Positions 19,035 to 27,516 of a stretch of DNA of 54,962 bases are shown one piece after another. Origin of the DNA: Pirellulales bacterium (GTDB lineage Bacteria; Planctomycetota; Planctomycetia; Pirellulales; UBA1268). The stretch spans positions 1-54,962 of the forward strand of contig JBDQOY010000146.1 of the NCBI GenBank assembly GCA_040260935.1, written 5' to 3'. Made by a program: the position numbers and the translations under genes. The notes under the pieces were generated by a model, which worked only from the letters and a program-made list of their open reading frames with translations, did no database searches and had not been told where the DNA came from. Each line of letters opens with the position of its first letter. Within the stretch, counting starts at the first letter, position 1.

Positions 19035-19754
19035 TCACGCCTGCCACTGCTGGGTGAATCGTTTGGGCAGCGCGAGCGTGTCGAAGAAATCATGGGTCCA
19101 GGTGTAGCCGGACTGTTCGAGGCTCGCAAAGAGCTCTCTGATTCCCAGGGCGGTCAGGTGTATGCGTTCAAAATTGATGACATCGGGAGGGGTTGGCAGA
19201 GCCAGGGCCATCTTCACGACCTCAGCATCAAACCCCTCGACATCAATCTGCAAGACATCAAGCTTCTCAATTCCAAACCGAGCAAGGAGCGACGGCAGCG
19301 AGATGGCAGGTACGGTGACCTCTTCAATCTCTTCTGACCGGACACCATGGCGGAGCAGGTGCTTCTTGTCGAAGGAAGAAACCTGGCTCACCCAAGGATC
19401 ATCTGCCCAGCGGCCTGCCGCGCGGACGCGATACATTGTTGCGACCCCGTCGTGGTGGGCGATGGCGGCCTGAACCAACGACACTCCCGGAACGCCTGCG
19501 TAGGTCTGCTGAAGTTTCTCGAAGTTCGACGTGACGGGCTCGACGAGAATTGCCTGTATCACCCCCCGGCGGACAAAGTGCGACACGGGATCACCCGCAG
19601 CACCGTTGCAGGCGCCGATCTGGATGAGTGTGCCTCCCTGTGTCCGCTCAAGGAGGTAGGCGAGCGCCAACTGCACGCTGCTGAATGTTGAAGGTGGGAC
19701 CGCCCGTCGCCGCTGCCGGCGAGTGTCATGAAACAGATTGCGAAAAGGAAACAT
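19035..19754 (-). CDS. FkbM-family SAM-dependent methyltransferase
   Basis: It has LIQIGACNGAAGDPV...ILVEPVTSNFEKLQQTY...LVQAAIAHHDGVATMY...LQIDVEGFDAEV, typical of the FkbM family. Confidence 0.8.
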   Translation of the reverse strand: MFPFRNLFHDTRRQRRRAVPPSTFSSVQLALAYLLERTQGGTLIQIGACNGAAGDPVSHFVRRGVIQAILVEPVTSNFEKLQQTYAGVPGVSLVQAAIAHHDGVATMYRVRAAGRWADDPWVSQVSSFDKKHLLRHGVRSEEIEEVTVPAISLPSLLARFGIEKLDVLQIDVEGFDAEVVKMALALPTPPDVINFERIHLTALGIRELFASLEQSGYTWTHDFFDTLALPKRFTQQWQA

Positions 19755-19900
19755 AGCCAGCCTTTCTTCTCACTGGCGGCAGAGGGTACGGCTGTGCAGA
19801 GCAGGGTGGCAAGCGGAAACACGGCGGATTCCGGAGCGTTGGCTCGTGGTTTGGCAGCAGCCCGTAGCGATGGTTGAGGTCTTCGCTGCATACTATTTGC

Positions 19901-20689
19901 ATGTTGCTTTCCGAACCTCAGCCGACCCGTGCCGACCTTCACTTCCGCCTGGCTGGGATTCCCGTGCGGGTGAGCTGCTGGTTCTGGCTGACCGCCGCGC
20001 TGCTTGGCTGGGGCTCGGCCCGCGGCATGGCCGGAGATGATGGCCGGGCACTGCTGGTGTACCTGACGGTCTGGGCCGCAGTGGTCCTCGTCTCGATTCT
20101 TGTTCATGAACTTGGTCATGCAGTGGCCTTTGCCAGCTGTGGCCAGCGGTCTCGAATTGTGCTGTGTCACTTTGGGGGTCTGGCAGTCCCTATCGGCCTC
20201 CCCTCACCAGGTCTGCAGCGGCCTTCGCGTCGCTTGGTGGTGGCGGCGGCAGGCCCGCTGGCACAATTGGCCATCGCGGGTACCGTCATCGCGACGGTTC
20301 TGGGGGCGGGCTTTCAACTGCCTGCCGGTGGCCTGCTTGGCAGGCTCCCGATCATCGGCAAAGCACTCGCAGCGGCTTCTGCGGCAGGACAGCCACTGGC
20401 GAGCCCGTTGCTGAATCTCGCCGTCTTTTATTTCCTGACGGTGAATATCGGCTGGGCGTTTCTCAACCTGCTGCCGGTGGTACCGCTTGATGGAGGAACG
20501 GTGGTTCAAGAGGGGCTTCAGCTGCTCGGGGTCTCGGCTGCTGCGGGTATTGCCGCGCTGTTTGGCCTGCTGATCGCTGGCATCATTGCCGTCTGGGCCT
20601 TTCAGCGGCAGGATATGTTTTTGGCGATTATGTTTGCGGTGTTGGCCTCCGGCTGCTACCAGCGATTGCTGCACGCGGGCCTGCGGTAA
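19901..20689 (+). CDS. M50 / site-2-protease-family membrane metalloprotease
   Basis: It has the HExxH motif in a TM helix (LVSILVHELGHAV) and a second motif NLLPVVPLDGG. It is a multi-TM protein. The ATG at 19901 was chosen as start. Confidence 0.75.
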   Translation: MLLSEPQPTRADLHFRLAGIPVRVSCWFWLTAALLGWGSARGMAGDDGRALLVYLTVWAAVVLVSILVHELGHAVAFASCGQRSRIVLCHFGGLAVPIGLPSPGLQRPSRRLVVAAAGPLAQLAIAGTVIATVLGAGFQLPAGGLLGRLPIIGKALAAASAAGQPLASPLLNLAVFYFLTVNIGWAFLNLLPVVPLDGGTVVQEGLQLLGVSAAAGIAALFGLLIAGIIAVWAFQRQDMFLAIMFAVLASGCYQRLLHAGLR

Positions 20690-20713
20690 CTGCCGGTTGG
20701 CAAGGAAGATGCA

Positions 20714-21541
20714 TTGAAAAATCCTGTTTGGCCGCTGCCTCGGCCCCGTCCACTGGTTGTGGCCATTGGCGCGAGCAATCTTAGCCGTGGCTTGTCGCGA
20801 CTGCTGGCGATCACGCAATCCTGGGCCCTGGGGCCGGTCGATCTGGCGGTGGCAGCCGGGCATGGCCGTTCCTATGGTGCCAACAGCCGGGTTTGGAACC
20901 GACGGCTGCCCTCGATTCTCGGCAGCGGACTCTGGCGTGGCATCGATCGCCTGCTGGCTGTTGACCAGACCAATCGCCCCCGCGTCGCCGTGGTGACTGA
21001 CATTGGCAACGATCTGCTCTATGGATTTTCGTCGGAACAGCTCACCGCGTGGGTCGATGAGACCCTCACTCGGCTCCGACAGCGGGGGTTTTCCACGGTG
21101 ATCACCCGGTTGCCGCTGGCCAGTATCGCCCGGGTCGGCGGCATCCGCTACCAGTTGCTCAAGACGTTGTTCGTGTCCGGCTGCCGCTTGTCTCTCGAGC
21201 AGATTAAGACCGTCTCGGCAGAGGTTGATGCGGCGGTGGTTCGCTTGGCGGCGACCCATGCGGCCACGGTCGTTGATCAACCGGGCTGCTGGTACGGCTT
21301 TGATGCGATCCATCTCCGCCGGCCCAGCCTCGATATGTTGTGGAGCCAGGCGGCTGCAGGCTGGAGCGGCGTCATGCAAGATCCGGCCGCGATGCCTGCC
21401 CGCCCCGATCGGCACTCCTGGCGGTCGTGGGCGCGGCTGGGATCGGCAGCCGCTGAAGTGCGGTCGTTGAGCCGGGTCATGCGATTCACGCCGCAGCCGG
21501 CGGTGGAGCTTCGTGATTCTACCCGAGTGTTTCTCTACTGA
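20714..21541 (+). CDS. SGNH/GDSL-like hydrolase-fold protein
   Basis: It has the ordered blocks VVAIGASNL (block I, Ser), VVTDIGNDLLYG (block III) and FDAIHL (block V, D-x-x-H). The TTG start at 20714 is uncertain. Confidence 0.55.
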   Translation: MKNPVWPLPRPRPLVVAIGASNLSRGLSRLLAITQSWALGPVDLAVAAGHGRSYGANSRVWNRRLPSILGSGLWRGIDRLLAVDQTNRPRVAVVTDIGNDLLYGFSSEQLTAWVDETLTRLRQRGFSTVITRLPLASIARVGGIRYQLLKTLFVSGCRLSLEQIKTVSAEVDAAVVRLAATHAATVVDQPGCWYGFDAIHLRRPSLDMLWSQAAAGWSGVMQDPAAMPARPDRHSWRSWARLGSAAAEVRSLSRVMRFTPQPAVELRDSTRVFLY

Positions 21542-21600
21542 TGGATGCCGCTCTCACGAGTGAGCCGGGTGGTTCACCTGCTGCGGCGTGGTCCGATGGC

Positions 21601-24600
21601 CTACTCAGTCTTGCCGGATGCTGTGGCAGTCGTGGTAATGGCGTGGATCGTCAGGTAGGCCTGCTCAAGAAACGGTGCCCCATCGCTCGCTCCAAGCTGC
21701 ATCGTGAGGTGGAGTTGATCGCAGATCTGCAGGTCAGGGATATCAAGTTCAACAGCCTGCGGATCATCACCGGCCACCCGGGCCGCAGCGATCGGGAGCT
21801 GGTCGCGGCCTTGGCTGCCCGGGGTGAGGACTGAAAACTGGTCCGAGCCATATTGCTTTGACCAGTGATAGTCCCACATCTCGGCCTGCCACGCTGCAGC
21901 GTCCGTGACACTCGCTGGATCGACCGGGAAACTGAACTGCAGCCGCAAGCCCGTCGGGGTAACGGCCACGGACTCGATCAGGCGGCAGGGCAGCCCGGTG
22001 TACCGCAGTCGCTGGAAACAGCCGTCCGCACCGCCGGCCGGCCCCTGCCAGCCTGAGAGCCCCACGCCGTAGACTTGCCCGTCGGCGGGATTCACCCGCA
22101 GTCGCATCACCCCGGCCTGCCACTGGTGGGGCAGCGCAATGATGGCTGCCTGCGTTGTGCCAGCAACCTCTTGTAGGGAGAGGTAGTAGAGCCAGCCCTT
22201 TCCAAATGACGAGTGCAGCAGCCGCCCTGCGAGTGGGCCGAACCGTGGATCATCGACCCAGACCTGCCCTCCGCAGGAACTGTCGAGTTCCTGGGGCATC
22301 CAGATGAACGGTTCGTCAAAATCGTCAGGCAGTTCTCCGCGGTACCGCTTGCGAAGCCAGGCATCCTGCTCGGCCGTCGTCGGCATATTGCCGTAGAACC
22401 CCCCGGGTTCAATGACCGAGATCTTGCCCGCCGGCATCCAAGGGCCCTGATTGTCGGAGACGGTGAATCGCCCATCGGCCAGGCGCCCCATGCCGTTGGG
22501 GGTGCGCATGCCCCAGGCCACCACTTCGGCCCGACCACCTTCTGGGGGCACCTTCATAATGGTGCCAGGACGGTGGTGTTGCGTGTATTGCCCCGCCTTG
22601 GCAAAGTAGAAACTGCCGGTGTCATCGGTCTGCAGGTCGAAGTTGTAGGCATGGAACATGCAGGAGACATCGTCGTCATTCCAGAAGGCTTCGATAAAGT
22701 CGGCCTCGCCGTCCCCGTTCTCATCGTGGAGCCGCTTGATGCCATCCCGGCAGGTGACATAGACCAGCCCATCGACTACCCGCACGCCAAAGGGCTCGAA
22801 CAGACCAGCGGCGTACCGCTGCCAGACGACCTGATCAAGCGTCGCGTCGATACCGGAGACGATATAACCGTCACCGCCATGGGTTGTCACGACCGCCCGA
22901 CCATCGGAGAAGAAGTCGAGGGCGCTGGTTCGCAGCCAGGCATTCCACGGGTTTTCAAAGGGAACCGGCAGCGGGTCGAGGGCATAGCCGTTGATCGATT
23001 CCCCGGGACGTCCCCGGAGGGTGAGCGTCTCGGGCCACCGTCGCGGCCCGCCGCCTAGCTTTGCTGTCAGGTCGGCAACGGGCTCAGACGGAAGGCTGCT
23101 GACTGATTCGAGCAGCTGCTTCCGAGTGGCCTGGTGGGCAGAGAGCACCGCGACGCGAATGGTTCGCGGGGCTGGAGCCGGTGGAATCACAAGTACCAGC
23201 CGGCCATCGGGCCGAACCTCCCAGGTGCAATCTGTGGTATCTCCAACAACGGTGGCAGCAACCGCATTGGTCGGCATGTCAGCCTGGGGAGCGGCAGCGG
23301 ATGCCTCCCACTGGAATGCCAGTGGGACGTCGGCTACCGGTTGGCTGCCAGCAAGTGCGGCGAGGTCAGCAGTGGATACGGCATCGGCATAGATGCGGGC
23401 CCAGGCGATCTCGCCGCTAAAATCACCACCAAAATTCGCCGCGGTGGAACCGATCTTCAGCACATGGCCGGGTCCTGGTGGCCTGCGAAAGTGAGGGCGT
23501 TCGCCGAGCAGCCGGCCGTCAACGAAAAGCGCGGTGCTGGCCTCCCGCACTACCACGGCTGCGGTGTGCCACTGGCCATCCCGCACGTCAGCCTTCCCGC
23601 GGATCGCCCCGACCCACCCGATGTCAAACACCAGTTCATCGTCTCGCAGGAACAGCGTCTTGCCGCCCGGAACCCAGTCGCCCCGTTCTGGGGCAGAGGC
23701 AATCAATGTCCCCGGAGCTGTGGTGCGGAACCGAACCAGAATAGTGCGGTTGACGGTGCCAAGATCGAGGGAAGCGGCCTTGGCCGGCTGCACGGTATGC
23801 CGAGCCGACCGTGCCGCGGTGGTGGCGAGGTAGGCGACCTGGTTGGTGGCAGCGGCCCGTGACTGCGGCTGGGAGGCGGTCGTGTCTGGATAGACCCCGG
23901 ACGACTGGTTGGGTGCTGGCAGTCTGGCCACGGCGAGCGTCAGCGGTTGCTTGCCCGGGCCAATCCGCAGGGTGTGTTCGATGCAGTCGCCGCTGGGAGT
24001 CGAACGACATCCCGGAGACTCAAGGATGTCATGGCCCTCGATCGCATAGCGAAGAATGACGTCGTTCCCATGCAGTGAGTACCCCGTATATCGCATCAGG
24101 TCTTCCCGCAGTGGGCCGCGTGGAGGCTTGGCATCGGCAGGCACTGCGAATGCTCCGGCAAAGGCCCACTGCCAGCCCTTTTGGCCAGGGAGCAGGGTGC
24201 CGGAAATCTTCGGCATCTGCTCCCCTCGCTGGCGATAGTGCTGGGTCTGTGAAAGATCGAGAAAGCCATCTTTCCAAGCGTCCACCAGACGCATCTGGTG
24301 CAGGTCGTAACTGAGCGTGGTATCGGCGTTGAGCCGGATTGTCAGGGCGTTGCTGACGCTGGTGCCGATCTGGCTGCCAAGGGCGGGGCCAAAATCACGC
24401 GGGGCAGTCGTCGCCAGTTCACCACGACCGGTTCCGGTGGGAAGCCCTGCCAGATAAGCATCGCTCACCGGCTGATAGGCCGAGTTCGTCGGCCGCATAA
24501 GGCTTTCGCGGATATAGTGAATGACCTGGTAGCGTTCCTTCGGCGAGAGGTGCTGCACTGAGGCCATCAGGCCGTAGCCCTTGGTTAGGGTCAGCAGCAT

Positions 24601-25425
24601 CCGGTAAGGGTCGGCACCATTTTTGAGTGGCTCTCGGCCAAAGGCCCGGGCGAGCGGCAGGGTTGGCGTATTGCCGTCGCTGCCATGGCAGTTCTTGCAG
24701 TGGCTGAGATAAATCTGCCTGCCTTTGGCCAGATCGCGCTTGTTGAGACGCCGGAGAATGCCGGCGTGATCGAGACCGATGGAGTCGTCTTTGATAAGGA
24801 GGTCTTCCGGGGCTGGCCGGAGAGCAGCCGCTCGCTCGGGGCCGCCACGCACCACCTCAAACAAATACCGTAAGAGATCGAAGACGTCTCGTTCACGCTG
24901 CAGGCTGTTGACCAACCCCGCTGGCATCATCGATGTCGGCGTCGGTTCGATCTCGTCAATCATGTCACGAGGAATGACCGTTGGGTGGAGTAGGTCCTGC
25001 AATTCGCGGAGCACCACCTGCTTGTCATTTTCAGAGGCAAGCATGCCAGTCTTCACTCGCCCGTCAGTGGTCACGACGGCAACCGTTTCGTACCCCTTGC
25101 GAATGGTTCGAGAGGGCTGCAGGAGCGACTCGATCAGGTAGGCATCACTCACCTCTGGGGAAATGTCAGTCAGTTTTGGCCCCAGAGGCGACGGGCTGCT
25201 GCCGTCGGAGTGACATTTGCTGCAGCCGGCAGCCGAGGTGTGAAAGAGGATGCCGCCCCGAAGTGGATCGCCCCGCAACTGTGTTTGGGCGGCAATTGTT
25301 TCAGGGGAGAGTTCAAGCAGCCGCTCCGCAAGGTCGGCCGCCTGGGCGGCAGACGGAGCTAGGCTCACCATAAGGAGTACGACAAGGCTGTGGTAGGAAC
25401 GATGTGTGAAAGCAGAACAGTGCAT
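21601..25425 (-). CDS. Giant secreted multidomain protein: two c-type heme motifs + LamG-like domain + dehydrogenase-like beta-propeller (PVC-type heme-binding/dehydrogenase family)
   Basis: It has a signal peptide (SLVVLLMVSLAPSAAQA), CSKCH at aa 68-72 and CKNCH at aa 243-247. A LamG-like block follows (LVFDIGWVGAIRGKADVRDGQWHTAAVVVREASTALFVDGRL). The propeller-like C-terminal half contains GRAVVTTHGGDGYIV..., VYVTCRDGIKRLHDENGDGEAD and NGMGRLADGRF. Confidence 0.75.
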   Translation of the reverse strand: MHCSAFTHRSYHSLVVLLMVSLAPSAAQAADLAERLLELSPETIAAQTQLRGDPLRGGILFHTSAAGCSKCHSDGSSPSPLGPKLTDISPEVSDAYLIESLLQPSRTIRKGYETVAVVTTDGRVKTGMLASENDKQVVLRELQDLLHPTVIPRDMIDEIEPTPTSMMPAGLVNSLQRERDVFDLLRYLFEVVRGGPERAAALRPAPEDLLIKDDSIGLDHAGILRRLNKRDLAKGRQIYLSHCKNCHGSDGNTPTLPLARAFGREPLKNGADPYRMLLTLTKGYGLMASVQHLSPKERYQVIHYIRESLMRPTNSAYQPVSDAYLAGLPTGTGRGELATTAPRDFGPALGSQIGTSVSNALTIRLNADTTLSYDLHQMRLVDAWKDGFLDLSQTQHYRQRGEQMPKISGTLLPGQKGWQWAFAGAFAVPADAKPPRGPLREDLMRYTGYSLHGNDVILRYAIEGHDILESPGCRSTPSGDCIEHTLRIGPGKQPLTLAVARLPAPNQSSGVYPDTTASQPQSRAAATNQVAYLATTAARSARHTVQPAKAASLDLGTVNRTILVRFRTTAPGTLIASAPERGDWVPGGKTLFLRDDELVFDIGWVGAIRGKADVRDGQWHTAAVVVREASTALFVDGRLLGERPHFRRPPGPGHVLKIGSTAANFGGDFSGEIAWARIYADAVSTADLAALAGSQPVADVPLAFQWEASAAAPQADMPTNAVAATVVGDTTDCTWEVRPDGRLVLVIPPAPAPRTIRVAVLSAHQATRKQLLESVSSLPSEPVADLTAKLGGGPRRWPETLTLRGRPGESINGYALDPLPVPFENPWNAWLRTSALDFFSDGRAVVTTHGGDGYIVSGIDATLDQVVWQRYAAGLFEPFGVRVVDGLVYVTCRDGIKRLHDENGDGEADFIEAFWNDDDVSCMFHAYNFDLQTDDTGSFYFAKAGQYTQHHRPGTIMKVPPEGGRAEVVAWGMRTPNGMGRLADGRFTVSDNQGPWMPAGKISVIEPGGFYGNMPTTAEQDAWLRKRYRGELPDDFDEPFIWMPQELDSSCGGQVWVDDPRFGPLAGRLLHSSFGKGWLYYLSLQEVAGTTQAAIIALPHQWQAGVMRLRVNPADGQVYGVGLSGWQGPAGGADGCFQRLRYTGLPCRLIESVAVTPTGLRLQFSFPVDPASVTDAAAWQAEMWDYHWSKQYGSDQFSVLTPGSQGRDQLPIAAARVAGDDPQAVELDIPDLQICDQLHLTMQLGASDGAPFLEQAYLTIHAITTTATASGKTE

Positions 25426-25733
25426 GGCTGAGTTATGGCAGGAAATAATGCTGATAGGGCTGGCAGAGTCGAGTGGCGTGAACCCAGTCTAAGAGATGTC
25501 TCTGTGGGGGGCTGCTTATGAAGCACGCGAGGCTTCGCATCCTGATGGCGGACGCGAGAGCTGCAAAGTTCATGACGATTTTTGCTGCGGCTATGCTTTC
25601 TTTCAGGAAAAGCATGCCAGGAAACGCTCGTTTACTGAACCAGAAGTGACGGTATGGCGTATAAACATGCTCTGCAGTGACCACCTGTAAGTTGGTGAAG
25701 CAACGATCTTAGAACGCAGCGATGGAGGAGTGA

Positions 25734-27110
25734 ATGGCCTCAATTCAATTGCAGACAGCGATCCCAGGGCCGCGGTCGCGGGAGTTGTTTGCCACGCGAG
25801 AGCAGCAGGTGGCACCGGGACCGTTCCATACCACGCCACTCGTCGCGGCCCACGCCGAGGGCGTTGTGATCACCGATGTGGATGGCAATCGGTTCCTCGA
25901 TTTCACCAGCGGCATCGGCGTGACCAACCTGGGGCATCGTGACCCGGCCGTGATGGCGGCTGTGGCCCGGCAGGCCGAGCAGTTCGTGCACACCAGCATC
26001 AATGTGGTTGCCTATGAGGGCTACATCCACCTGGCTGAACGGCTCAACGCCTTGCTGCCTGAAGCCGCGCCCTGCAAAACCTTTCTGGCCAACTCTGGGG
26101 CCGAGGCGGTGGAGAATGCGGTGAAGTTCGCCCGGGCTGCCACTGGCCGACAAGCGGTGATTGCCTTTGAACACGCCTATCATGGTCGCACCTACATGGC
26201 GATGGCACTCACCGCCAAGGCGCATCCGTACAAGAGTGGCTTTGCCCCTTTTCCGGCCGAGGTCTACCGGGCGGCCTATCCTGACTTCTACCGCTGGCCG
26301 GGCGTTGCTGGTGATGCCGGCAGTTGCCCGGGTGCCAGTGACGGAACCTGCCAATTGCCGCGGTGCCTCTGTCGTGAGGCCTTTGCTGCGTTTGCAGAAA
26401 TGGCCCGGGCCCAGATTGGTGAGGCAAATGTTGCTGCGGTCATCATCGAGCCGGTGGCGGGTGAGGGGGGCTTCATTCCAGCCCCAGCCCCATTCCTGAG
26501 GATGCTCCGGGAGTGGTGTGATGAGCATGGCGTGGTGCTGATTTTCGACGAAGTTCAGACCGGCTTTGGCCGCACAGGAAGTCTGCTCGCCTGCCAGCAA
26601 CTCGGGGTGACGCCCGATCTCGTGGTGATGGCCAAGGGCTTGGCCAACGGTCTCCCGCTCTCGGCGGTGACGGGCCGGGCAGCGGTGATAGATGCCGTGG
26701 GGCTCGGCGGGGTGGGCGGCACCTATTGTGGCAATCCACTTGCCTGCGCGGCGGCGCTTGCAGTGCTCGATCGGTTCGATGATCCGTCAGTGCTGGCCCA
26801 TGCCCAGCAGCTTGGCGAGCGACTTAAGCAGCGGCTCGAGGCCTGGGCCAAGCAATTTCCCGTGATCGGCCAGGCCCGCGGTCTCGGTCCGATGCGGGCG
26901 ATTGAGTTGGTTTCCGATCGGGAAAGCAAGACCCCCAACAAGGCAGCGGCCCAGGCGGTGGTCCGCTATGCCTATGAACACGGCGTGATCCTGATGGCCT
27001 GCGGCACGCACGGGAACGTCCTGCGGTTTCTGGTGCCGCTTACGCTAGATTTTGAGCAGCTCGACGAGGGACTGGCTGTGATCGAAGAAGGGCTGGCACG
27101 TCTGGGTTGA
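25734..27110 (+). CDS. Class III PLP-dependent aminotransferase (4-aminobutyrate aminotransferase-like)
   Basis: It has GNRFLDFTSGIGVTNLGHRDP, ANSGAEAVENAVKFAR, LIFDEVQTGFGRTG and MAKGLANGLP (the PLP lysine region). A GGAGG motif lies 7 nt upstream of the ATG. Confidence 0.85.
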   Translation: MASIQLQTAIPGPRSRELFATREQQVAPGPFHTTPLVAAHAEGVVITDVDGNRFLDFTSGIGVTNLGHRDPAVMAAVARQAEQFVHTSINVVAYEGYIHLAERLNALLPEAAPCKTFLANSGAEAVENAVKFARAATGRQAVIAFEHAYHGRTYMAMALTAKAHPYKSGFAPFPAEVYRAAYPDFYRWPGVAGDAGSCPGASDGTCQLPRCLCREAFAAFAEMARAQIGEANVAAVIIEPVAGEGGFIPAPAPFLRMLREWCDEHGVVLIFDEVQTGFGRTGSLLACQQLGVTPDLVVMAKGLANGLPLSAVTGRAAVIDAVGLGGVGGTYCGNPLACAAALAVLDRFDDPSVLAHAQQLGERLKQRLEAWAKQFPVIGQARGLGPMRAIELVSDRESKTPNKAAAQAVVRYAYEHGVILMACGTHGNVLRFLVPLTLDFEQLDEGLAVIEEGLARLG

Positions 27111-27131
27111 GAGTTCGTGTGCCGCCCCCAG

Positions 27132-27491
27132 TCACGGTGCCGGCGTGATCGTGTCGATTTTGGCAGCCAAAATGAAGTCATTCTCTGACAGGCCGCCAAT
27201 GGCGTGGGTGGTGAGTTCAATCCAGACCTTCCGGTAGCCGACGAGATGGAGGTCGGGGTGATGCTGCTCGCGTTCGGCCAACGCCCCGACGTTGTTGAGT
27301 AGGCGGATGCCGTCTCGGAAAGTCTTCAGCGTCCAATCCCGGCGAATCCGAGTGCCGTCGTGGGTCAGTTGCCAGTTTGGCACAGCGGCTAGCTGTGCTT
27401 CGGCCTCTGCGGGTGAATACTTGGCGACGCCCCCTTCGCAGGGCAGACAGGTCTTTGCTGTCAGGTCAGCAGCGGAGGCAGGTGTGCTCAT
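27132..27491 (-). CDS. phhB: Pterin-4a-carbinolamine dehydratase
   Basis: It has EREQHHPDLHLVGYRKVWIELTTHAIGGLSENDFILAAKID, the canonical PCD signature. Confidence 0.9.
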   Translation of the reverse strand: MSTPASAADLTAKTCLPCEGGVAKYSPAEAEAQLAAVPNWQLTHDGTRIRRDWTLKTFRDGIRLLNNVGALAEREQHHPDLHLVGYRKVWIELTTHAIGGLSENDFILAAKIDTITPAP

Positions 27492-27516
27492 GGCGGCTCA
27501 GGGTCCTATCAGGGTC

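Noticed and set aside
20204-21415. A 403-aa minus-strand ORF spanning the M50 protease and SGNH-like genes
   Set aside because: It overlaps two plus-strand genes that carry clear catalytic motifs (HELGH, NxxPxxxLDG, GxND, DxxH). Its own translation is R/Q/P-rich with no motifs.
25433-25690. Small ORFs (83 aa minus strand, 64 aa plus strand) in the lower-GC divergent intergenic region between the giant heme protein and the aminotransferase
   Set aside because: They overlap each other, and there is no SD or recognisable fold. The position is consistent with a divergent promoter region.
26325-26372. Cys-rich loop (CPGASDGTCQLPRCLC) in the class III aminotransferase
   Set aside because: It falls in a segment after the Y-R-x-P motif that is length- and sequence-variable across this family. 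There is not enough evidence for a metal site or insertion of independent origin.
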